DNA from: Promethearchaeota archaeon
Lineage (GTDB): Archaea > Asgardarchaeota > Lokiarchaeia > Sigyniarchaeales > SOKP01
NCBI GenBank assembly: GCA_011364975.1
Contig: RDOE01000004.1
Coordinates: 3,316 to 67,315 of the forward strand
Direction of reading: 5' to 3'
DNA: 64,000 nt
The position numbers and the translations under genes were made by a program. Shown here one piece after another: positions 41,703 to 49,920 of this stretch (the first letter of the stretch is position 1; every line of letters begins with the position of its first letter). The notes under the pieces are model-generated. The model was not told where the DNA came from and made no database searches. It saw only the letters and a list, made by a program, of their open reading frames with translations.

Positions 41703-42237
41703 ATTTGGACTTTGAAATTTAGTATTTCTTTGATTTTTGCTTCTTTTTTTCTAAAAAAGATGATGGGCACTTTTTTCTTTTTCACAAAGTTTTTTAAAGT
41801 TTCTATTTGTAATGATAATATGGTAAACTGTCCAGTTTGCAAAAATCCCTAGCCATTTTTAGATGGGCAACGAGTTTAAGACAATTTGTGCGGGGCGATT
41901 GGACTTCTGGTTATTGTAAAAGTGAAATTGATAGAAAAGGAAAATTAATGAAGAAAAATGAAAAAGGTTTGATCATAAGGTTTCAAATCGAGATTTTAAT
42001 TTTCCTCAATTTTTAATTTAACTCCGTTATTGAATTGGATATAGAGAGTAAAGAATTTAAAGAAAAGAAAACATCAAATTCAAATTCTTAAAAAATTATT
42101 CATATAACAACCAGATAAAAAGTAAAATTGGAAATGAGTCTATTACCAAAAATTTCTAAAATTTGGATCATTCATTGCCAACAATTACTAAATTTATTGC
42201 CAATATTAATTAAAAAACACATTTTTTGTTCTAAATT

Positions 42238-43158
42238 ATGAATTTTATTGAAGACTTAATACGATCAATACAACAGAAAAAATGTGTAGTTTGTATGGGG
42301 CTTGATCCGCGAATGGACAGCGATGCGGAAATACCCAAATATCTAGTCAAAGATTTTGAAGAACCAAATAACATAATACTAGAATTTAATAAAACATTAA
42401 TTGATGCAACTTATGATCTAATCCCTGTAATTAAACCCCAAATCGCTTTTTATGAAAAATATGAGGCTTTACCTGCTTTAAAAGAAACAATTAAATATGC
42501 TCATAAAAAGAATCTTTTGGTAATCCTAGATTCTAAACGAAACGATATTGGCTCAACTTCTGAAGCTTATGCATTTTCAATGTTTAAAGGCTACGGAGCA
42601 GATGCTTCTACTCTTAATGCCTACCTTGGAATCGATGGGATCAAACCATTTTTAAAATACAAAGAAAAAGGTGTCTTTATTCTTGTAAAAACCTCCAATC
42701 CGAGTAGTAAAGAATTTCAAAACTTATTTAGTGTAAAGATTGAAAATATACCCGATAATACGACCGAAATAAAGGTTGATTCGATTACTTTAGATCGAAA
42801 TTATATTCATATGGCAAAATTAGTCCAAGAATGGGGCACTTCTTTGAAAAAGTTTATGAATTTTCATAATTTAGGGGTCGTTGTTGGAGCTACCTTCCCT
42901 GAAGAATTAAAAGCAATAAGAAAAATAATACATAACTCCATTATTCTAATGCCAGGTTTTGGAATGCAGGGGGCTAAATCAGAAGATGTGAAATATGGTT
43001 TTTATAGTGATGGATTGGGTGGAATTGTCAATTCATCTCGTGGAATAATTTATGCTTATAGTAAAAATAAAAATTATCCTCCTGAAAAGTTTGGTGAAGC
43101 TGCAAGAGAAGAAGTTATCCAGATGAAAGAAAATATTAATAAAGCTATTGGTTTCTGA
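42238..43158 (+). CDS. pyrF: Orotidine 5'-phosphate decarboxylase, type 2 (long form).
   Basis: 306 aa. Motifs VCMGLDPR, KPQIAFYE, LDSKRNDIGSTS, MPGFGMQGA. Confidence 0.85.
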   Translation: MNFIEDLIRSIQQKKCVVCMGLDPRMDSDAEIPKYLVKDFEEPNNIILEFNKTLIDATYDLIPVIKPQIAFYEKYEALPALKETIKYAHKKNLLVILDSKRNDIGSTSEAYAFSMFKGYGADASTLNAYLGIDGIKPFLKYKEKGVFILVKTSNPSSKEFQNLFSVKIENIPDNTTEIKVDSITLDRNYIHMAKLVQEWGTSLKKFMNFHNLGVVVGATFPEELKAIRKIIHNSIILMPGFGMQGAKSEDVKYGFYSDGLGGIVNSSRGIIYAYSKNKNYPPEKFGEAAREEVIQMKENINKAIGF

Positions 43159-43168
43159 TTGAATAATG

Positions 43169-43585
43169 CTAAAGTCTTGTTAATTGAGAAATTAAAGGGC
43201 CTAATCCAGACATTACAAAAACCATTGGAATAATAATGATAATCACGACTACAAGAGACCGCTTAAGACCGATCCTGTGAATTATATTCACTACATTTAT
43301 ATCAACTAAAGCACAAATAATTACAACTGGAATAATTGCTCCAGGATTTCCATTAAATGCTCCAATCATCCCTAATAAAAAAAGTGGTGAGCCAATCGCA
43401 AAAATGACTCCGAATTGAATAAAAAAACTAGCAGCAACCCATTTCATCTTTTTCCAGCGTTCAGCTTTAGTAATAACAAGACCAAGTTTCAACAATATTA
43501 AATCAGCAACCGTTAAGCCAAGTATTAAAAATATTGAACTCATGTCACCAGACATTGGACCAAATTGCAGCAGTTGAAAAAACAT
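43169..43585 (-). CDS. Small polytopic membrane protein, unknown function.
   Basis: 138 aa with four hydrophobic helices. A TTTTTATATAAA box lies about 25-35 nt upstream at 43609..43620. Confidence 0.5.
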   Translation of the reverse strand: MFFQLLQFGPMSGDMSSIFLILGLTVADLILLKLGLVITKAERWKKMKWVAASFFIQFGVIFAIGSPLFLLGMIGAFNGNPGAIIPVVIICALVDINVVNIIHRIGLKRSLVVVIIIIIPMVFVMSGLGPLISQLTRL

Positions 43586-43801
43586 AATCTAAAGTAATAA
43601 CCGTGGAATTTTTATATAAATTTTGGGAGTTTTGCCTTTTTTAATAAAGATGCTTATTAAACTATCATGAAACTTTTTTGATAAAAAATTAATTATCTTA
43701 ATCAGAGATTTTAAATTAAAATAAAATATTAAAATTCATAACATAAATCATTAAAATTTCTTGGAGGAATTAACAAAAAAGAACAAAAGGAATGATATGC
43801 A

Positions 43802-45766
43802 ATGGTAGAAACTGAAAATACAGATGAGGAACCAAGAATCTTCGTGGCTATATGCCAATGAGGAATTAATGTTGCTGAAATAATTGAAACTCATTCACTG
43901 GCTGAATTTACCAAAACGTTACCAAATGTCGTAGATGCTCTTGATTATATAAGCCTTTGTACAGAACCTGGTGCTGAATTTATCAAAGAAAAAATGATTG
44001 AAAGCAACGCAAATAGGTTAGTAGTTGCCTCATGTACTCCAAAAACTCATGAACCTGTTTTTAAAAGCGTTCTTGAATCTATGGGATTAGATTCATCCTA
44101 TCTTGAATTTGTAAACATTCGTGAGCATGCAAGTTTTGTCCATCGCCAAGATAAACCAGGAGCTCAAATGACAGCAGAGGATGCTATTCGTTCTGGCGTG
44201 GCAAGAGCTGCAGTTTTAGAAAAGATTTTAGTAAAAGAAGTCGATATCACAAAAAAGGCGTTAATAATCGGTGGAGGTGTAGCAGGCTTAGTTGCGGGAA
44301 TTGATTTAGCTGAGGAAGGATTTGAAGTACATTTAGTTGAAAAATCTCCAACTATTGGTGGTAAAATGGCTATGCTAGATAGAACTTTTCCTACTGATGA
44401 TTGTAGTATATGAATATTGGGACCCGTGATGTTACAAGCAGCAAGAACTCCCGGATTCAATATTTATACTTATAGCGAACTAGAGGATGTAAGTGGTTTT
44501 GTAGGTAATTTTAAAGCAAAGATCCGTAAAAGGGCGAGATATGTAACTAATGATTGTAATGGTTGTGGTTCATGCTTTGAAGTATGTCCTGCCTATGGAT
44601 ATGATGAATTTAATGAAGGAATGAACCCACGAAAAGCGATTTATGTATCATTTGCTCAAGCAGTTCCGTCAATGGCACAAATCGATATGAATAGATGTAT
44701 TAAATGTGGTATGTGCAAAGAAGTATGTGAAGTTAAGGCTGTTGATTTTGATCAAAAGGATGAAATCATAGAACTTGAAGTTGGATCTATTATTGTTGCT
44801 ACTGGTTGGGATGAATATGAACCTGATAAAGGCTATTTAGGGTATAAGGTATACCCAAATGTTATAACTCAAATGAAGCTTGAACGAATGCTTGCTCCTA
44901 ATGGTCCTACTGTTGGGCATTTAGTCCGTCCTTCAGATGGAAAAAAGCCAGAAAGAATTTTATTCATCCAATGTGTAGGTTCAAGGGACTTAAACAAACA
45001 AACGTATTGCAGTGCGGGAGTATGTTGCATGATTTCAATAAAAAATACAAAACTCATTAAACAGCATTATCCCGATATTGATATCACTGTTGCTTATATG
45101 GATATAAGAGCTGCTGGAAAAGATTATGAAGAGTATTTTACTGCATCACGAGCGGAAGGAATTAGATATGTAAGAACCAATGTTTCAAAAATCTATCAGG
45201 ATCCTGAAACAAAAAACCTTAAAGTAATTCTTCAAAATACTTTAAGTAATACAGGACTAATAGAATTTGAATACGATCTAGTAGTTTTATCGTGTGCTAT
45301 GGTACCTGCTATTGGTGTTGATAAAATTGGTAAAATACTAAAACTTGAGACTTCTCAGGATGGCTTCTTTAAAGAATTTCATTCGCGGTTAAACCCAATT
45401 GACACAAAAATCCCTGGAATTGTTTTAGCTGGTGTCGCTCAAGGTCCAAAATCAATAGCAGAGTCAATTTCACAAGGAAGAGCTGCTGCATCTTCTTTAG
45501 CTCGATTAATGAGTAAAGAAAAATACAGAATTTTATTAATCAGAGCTACTGTAGATAAGGATAAATGCGCTAAATGTGGACTTTGTGAACTAAATTGTCC
45601 ATATAATGCGATAAAATTAGAACCGGATGGAGCCGAGGTCAATGAAATTTTATGTAGAGGATGTGGTACGTGTCTAGCTAATTGTCCTTCTGAAGCAATC
45701 ACTCTCAGGTATTATCGTGAACCTCAATATGAAAAACAAATCGATGCTATACTAGAGGAAATATAG
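43802..45766 (+). CDS. hdrA: Heterodisulfide reductase subunit A (HdrA) homolog, a selenoprotein with two in-frame UGA (Sec) codons.
   Basis: One reading frame runs from ATG 43802 to TAG 45766 (654 aa). It is interrupted only by TGA at 43859..43861 (VAICQ-U-GINV, the CxCGxNI motif) and at 44411..44413 (FPTDDCSI-U-ILGP, the DCSxCIL motif). Other motifs: IIGGGVAGL (FAD) and two C-terminal ferredoxin motifs, CAKCGLCELNCP and CRGCGTCLANCP. The ORF track shows only fragments 43994..44413 and 44417..45766. Confidence 0.85.
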
Positions 45767-45779
45767 GGAGGTGGATTAA

Positions 45780-46247
45780 ATGGCAACTCAGGATAGAATC
45801 AAGATTTTAGCGTTCATGTGTTGGAAATGAGGATATGGAGCAGGAGATATGGCTGGAACAATACGCGCTCAATATCCTGCTACTATTCGCCCTATTAGAA
45901 TAAATTGTACCGGAAGAGTAACTCCTAGTCTTATGATGCGAGCAATTGGTAAAGGCGCAGATGGAATCATAGTTGCGGGATGATATGAAGGAGAATGCGA
46001 TTATGAAACAGGAAATTTAGTTGCGGCCAAAAATGTTAAATATACAAAAGAGATATTAAAAATTGCCGGTGTTTCACCAGAAAGAGTACAAATGTTCCAT
46101 TGTAGTGCCGCAGAAGGCCAGAAATTTCAAGAAGAGATGACTAGAGTTTCAAAAATTATTGAGGAATTAGGCAATAACCCTATTAAAGAATCGATCAAAC
46201 TTGAAAAAGAAAAGGAAACTAATACCGTAGAAAAATCAACAAATTAA
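45780..46247 (+). CDS. vhuD: MvhD/VhuD-type hydrogenase delta subunit homolog, a selenoprotein with two in-frame UGA (Sec) codons.
   Basis: Absent from the ORF track. ATG 45780 is preceded by GGGAGGTGG. The frame is open to TAA 46245..46247 (155 aa) except for TGA at 45828..45830 (AFMCWK-U-GYGAGDMAG) and 45981..45983 (IIVAG-U-YEGECDY). Both sit at the conserved MvhD Cys positions (FxCxWCxYxGAD and GCxxGxCHY). Confidence 0.8.
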
Positions 46248-46316
46248 ACCGAAAGAATGAATTTTACGAAAAAAAATTAGTCGTAAAATGACGAACCATT
46301 ATGCCATGGTTTCGGT
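46248..46316 (+). promoter_or_regulatory. Candidate SECIS element in the 3' UTR of hdrA-vhuD.
   Basis: Outer stem is ACCGAAA (46248..46254) with TTTCGGT (46310..46316). The internal hairpin ATTTTACGA (46261..46269) with TCGTAAAAT (46281..46289) forms a 9-bp stem capped by the A-rich loop AAAAAAATTAG. Below the stem, 5' TGA (46258..46260) faces 3' GAC (46290..46292), allowing tandem sheared G-A/A-G pairs (G46259-A46291, A46260-G46290). Confidence 0.5.
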
Positions 46317-46331
46317 ATTTTAGAATTTTTA

Positions 46332-46361
46332 AGAATTAGAAATATTACTACTTCTAATTTT
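46332..46361 (+). terminator. Hairpin plus T-tract after the SECIS candidate, a possible operon terminator.
   Basis: AATTAGAA (46334..46341) and TTCTAATT (46352..46359) are exact reverse complements. The stem extends by a G-T and an A-T pair, and a T-run follows. Confidence 0.3.
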
Positions 46362-46501
46362 GAAGTTTAACTCTATTAAACTTCTAATAATTTAAATTAT
46401 AAATGTATAAATAATACGAAAGCTAGTTTTATCCTAATCCAAATTTAATTTAAAAATGGATTTAAGTCATTAATAATATAAATGAGTTTAGATGATGAAA
46501 A

Positions 46502-47197
46502 ATGGGAGAAACAACACCAAGTAAACTTAAGTTTTCTGTTACAGCCCCCTCTGGAGCAACAAAGGTAGTTGCACTTATGGCTGCTCTTGTATTAATTCGC
46601 GAAGGAATATGGCTTTTTTGGAATACTGCAGATATAAATATCTTTTTTGGAATTATGGAAATAATCCTAGCAGGAATTTTAATTATTGTTCTAAATATAG
46701 TTGATTTTGGAGTGCCTTTCTTTAAGAAACTCTTTTTATGGTGGATAATACTAATTTTAGGAATTTTAGTATTGATGTTCGAAATATTCGCTTCTGGATA
46801 CGACATTTTAACAGCAGCGTCTACAGGATTCTTACTAGGCGGTCTATTAGTAGTAATTGCAGCTATTCTTGAACTTGTTGCGAGTAAACAGAAAATGAAA
46901 GCTTCTCAGATTGTTGCTCTGTTTGGAGCGGCATATACGATCTTTGAGGTTATTTTATTGTTTTTAAATCCATCAACACAAACTATCTATCATGGAATTC
47001 TCGGAATAATATTTGTTGCATTATTACTGATTTCAATGCAAAAAAAGATAGATTTAAAAATCAGATATGAGTGGTGGGTTGTTTTAATTATCGGTTTTGT
47101 ACTTTATTCCTGGGTAACTTCAATACCATCAGTAACCTTCGGAACTGGTGGGACTATAGTATTGATCTCCTTTATATTGATGTTATTAGCCCTTTAA
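46502..47197 (+). CDS. Polytopic membrane protein, unknown function.
   Basis: 231 aa with about 6-7 hydrophobic helices. The antisense ORF 46462..46806 is judged a shadow. Confidence 0.55.
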   Translation: MGETTPSKLKFSVTAPSGATKVVALMAALVLIREGIWLFWNTADINIFFGIMEIILAGILIIVLNIVDFGVPFFKKLFLWWIILILGILVLMFEIFASGYDILTAASTGFLLGGLLVVIAAILELVASKQKMKASQIVALFGAAYTIFEVILLFLNPSTQTIYHGILGIIFVALLLISMQKKIDLKIRYEWWVVLIIGFVLYSWVTSIPSVTFGTGGTIVLISFILMLLAL

Positions 47198-47316
47198 AAT
47201 TTTACTTTTTTTTCTTTTTCTTTTAGTTTAACATATTTTTTGTTTTAAAAAGAAAAATTATTAACTTACTTTTCAATTGTAAAATTAAATAGTTATGATA
47301 CGTACGGTGAATTTAA

Positions 47317-48624
47317 ATGGGAAAAGATCCTAAAACAACCGCTGAAAATCAATTAAAAAAAGCAGAGCAACTATATAAAGCACGGCAATTTAAAAAAGCG
47401 GGCAAGAATTTTCATTCAGCGGGTATTTCTTTTCTTAAACTAGAAGAATATGAAATAGCTAAAAATTGTTTTCTTGAGGCGATAAAACCATTTTTAGAAT
47501 TAGACAAATACGATACGATTTTAGAACTAATACGAAAGGCAAGCGAAGCTTGTTTGCAAAATAATCAATATTCAGAAGCGTTCCGACTTTATAAAGATAC
47601 AATGAACCACATCCCTAAATTAAAGAGTGAAACAGATAAAAATGATAATTATGTTCTCTTTTCTGTTTTATCCTATCTATGTTTACATGCCAATGGTGCT
47701 CCTGAGGAAGGATTAGATTATATTAAAAGAAATAGAAATAAGATAGACAATGACTTCTTCAAAGAAAATAATTTGATTCAATTAATTTCAGAGTTAACAC
47801 TTTCCATCAGAGATAAAACGGAGAAATATCTTGAAAACATTCAAAATAATCTTAATCAATTTAAATTAAGAGATCCGGAAGTAAAATTGTTAAAAGACGT
47901 TATACTGTTGACGAAATTTCAGCTTTTAATTGAAAGTTCTTTAATCTTAGATAAGGACACTTATACTACCAATGACATTATTAATTTAAATGTGGAGTTA
48001 GACACCAATCCTCTCATTCAAGTGCTTAATAACTCATTTTTTAAATTTAAAATCAATAGTTTTCAAATTATTAAACTAATTGTAAGTCTTTCGGATAATT
48101 TAACCACCAATAAAAAGCCAGACTTACCGTTTTCATTAGATATTGGTAGTAAAATTACTTTACCTTTTACATTAAAACCTCACTTTCAATTGGATAACCC
48201 AAAGATAGGCCCTATAAACTTAACGTTTGAATTGAATAATCTACTAATTTTTAATTATGATACCTCCGTTATAATCCCAAATTTAATTTCACCCCCTGCC
48301 TCCTTAGAGGCTTCAATAAAGAATTTACGCCCACCACTTTTAGATCAATCATTTCCATTAGAAATTTTAATTGAAAATCGAAGCCAAGGAGAAGCGCTAG
48401 ATGTAAATATTGATGTTGAATTTCCTGAAGAGCTTAAACTTATGAGAGGCACCACAAATAAGCAAATATATTCATTAAGAAGTAATGAAAATTTAAAATG
48501 GGAGGTCAACCTAAAACCCCTTGATGTAGGAGATTTCATCATTAAAATAAGTATAAAATTTAAAGATCCTGATGATAATCAAATCAACGATGTAAAAGAA
48601 TTCCCCTTTTCAATAAAAATGTAA
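47317..48624 (+). CDS. Two-domain protein: an N-terminal SNAP/TPR-like alpha-solenoid and a C-terminal Ig-like beta-sandwich (CARDB/ASH-like).
   Basis: 435 aa. N-terminal helical-hairpin pattern QLKKAEQLYKARQFKKAGKNFHSAGISFLKLEEYEIAKNCFLEAIKPFLEL. C-terminal strand pattern PLEILIENRSQGEALDVNIDVEFPEELKL...WEVNLKPLDVGDFIIKISIKFKD. Confidence 0.5.
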   Translation: MGKDPKTTAENQLKKAEQLYKARQFKKAGKNFHSAGISFLKLEEYEIAKNCFLEAIKPFLELDKYDTILELIRKASEACLQNNQYSEAFRLYKDTMNHIPKLKSETDKNDNYVLFSVLSYLCLHANGAPEEGLDYIKRNRNKIDNDFFKENNLIQLISELTLSIRDKTEKYLENIQNNLNQFKLRDPEVKLLKDVILLTKFQLLIESSLILDKDTYTTNDIINLNVELDTNPLIQVLNNSFFKFKINSFQIIKLIVSLSDNLTTNKKPDLPFSLDIGSKITLPFTLKPHFQLDNPKIGPINLTFELNNLLIFNYDTSVIIPNLISPPASLEASIKNLRPPLLDQSFPLEILIENRSQGEALDVNIDVEFPEELKLMRGTTNKQIYSLRSNENLKWEVNLKPLDVGDFIIKISIKFKDPDDNQINDVKEFPFSIKM

Positions 48625-48634
48625 TCATACGTCA

Positions 48635-49780
48635 TTATAATATTAACAAAGGCTCTTTATGATTATAGGTTACGACCTCACACTTATCTTTTCCAATGAT
48701 TATGTCATCTTCTAATCGAATACCCCATTTATTTTGCCAATATAACCCTGGTTCATTAGTATATACCATATTTCTTTGAAGAAAAGTATTGTCTGGGGCA
48801 TTAACAGCAACTCTTGGACCAATATCGTGAGCTTCAAAACCTAATGCATGGCCTAATCCATGATTGAAAAGTTTATCTTGATCCGGAAACCCATTATTTT
48901 GTAAATATTCACGGCATTTTATGGCTGGTAAATTACAGGGGGTACCTTCAACATAATATTTATTAGCAACTTCTTTAGCTTCATAAAGGGCATGATATGC
49001 TTTTAAAAAATCACTACTTGGTTTGTTTCCTACCCAATATGTCCATGTAATATCTGAGCACATTTCTTCTATTTGTAATCCTGTATCTATTAATAAAACC
49101 CCATCATCAATCTTTCTAAGTGAGGTATTATGGTGAGGATCAGCAGAATTTGGACCTGAGCCTACTATCGCTTCAAATGCAGGTCTTCCTAACTTCATAT
49201 ACTCATATTCAATTTTCGCTTTCACAGTTTTTTCTGTCATTCCTTTTCTTACCCAATTAGGAACATCATCAAGAATTTCTAATGTGGTTTTGCACACATT
49301 TCTTAGATCTTCTAACTGACTAGAAGATTTTACACTTCTTAATTTATAAATAATAGGAGCAGCAGAGATAAATTCTGTGTTGGGTGATAAGGATCGTAAA
49401 GCATTATAATCTCCCACATATATATAGTCTGCGAATGCAGTTTCTTGAGCACTTAAATTATTCTCCCCAAAGTTTAGTGCGATTCTTGGCTTATTTAAAA
49501 CATTAATTAATAAACTTCCTATTTCTTCAATGGATCTAAAGGCCTTAACCTCGGCATCCACGCCTGCTTTCTTTAATGACCGTTGAATCATAGGTGCTTC
49601 CATTGATACTGCTATAACTTTATGCTTTCCATCCTTAGCCACATATACAAAATGGCGAGCATGAGATTCAACACCTAACATGTATTTAGAATTTATATCA
49701 CTGTCTTCTTTACATGAAATCAACCAACCATCAGCATCTAGTTCTTGTAGTATTTCTTGAACTCTTTCAAATTTATTCAT
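48635..49780 (-). CDS. M24B-family Xaa-Pro peptidase.
   Basis: 381 aa. Metal-ligand contexts LIDTG, SDITWT, HGLGHALGFEAHD, NEPGLY, RLEDD. Confidence 0.85.
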   Translation of the reverse strand: MNKFERVQEILQELDADGWLISCKEDSDINSKYMLGVESHARHFVYVAKDGKHKVIAVSMEAPMIQRSLKKAGVDAEVKAFRSIEEIGSLLINVLNKPRIALNFGENNLSAQETAFADYIYVGDYNALRSLSPNTEFISAAPIIYKLRSVKSSSQLEDLRNVCKTTLEILDDVPNWVRKGMTEKTVKAKIEYEYMKLGRPAFEAIVGSGPNSADPHHNTSLRKIDDGVLLIDTGLQIEEMCSDITWTYWVGNKPSSDFLKAYHALYEAKEVANKYYVEGTPCNLPAIKCREYLQNNGFPDQDKLFNHGLGHALGFEAHDIGPRVAVNAPDNTFLQRNMVYTNEPGLYWQNKWGIRLEDDIIIGKDKCEVVTYNHKEPLLIL

Positions 49781-49920
49781 AATTCAAACCACACAATCTT
49801 ATGTTATTATCTTTATTAATATAAATAAAAAAAGATAACTCAAAAATACATAACAAAAATTAAAATTTTAATATTTAAGTAAAGATACATATATTAAAGA
49901 CAAAAAAATAAAAAATTAAA

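Noticed and set aside
43609-43620. A TTTTTATATAAA TATA-box-like element between the divergent membrane-protein gene and hdrA.
   Set aside because: AT-rich spacers here contain many such strings. Its position fits the minus-strand gene (about 25-35 nt upstream) better than hdrA (about 190 nt upstream), so assignment to a promoter is ambiguous.
43620-43801. A search for a second SECIS in the hdrA 5' leader, for example TTTTTT-GAT-AAAAAA around 43673..43690.
   Set aside because: Only weak A-T-only pairings are present, with no GA/AG core. It is not convincing as a structured element.
43859-45983. Alternative explanations for the four TGAs in hdrA/vhuD: a genome-wide TGA reassignment (to Trp or Gly), or pseudogenisation.
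   Set aside because: TGA clearly ends other well-delimited genes in the window (lutA, the Ub-like gene, the Cys-rich gene). All four TGAs fall on conserved Cys columns, and no frameshifts or other stops accompany them. That pattern is not expected from decay.
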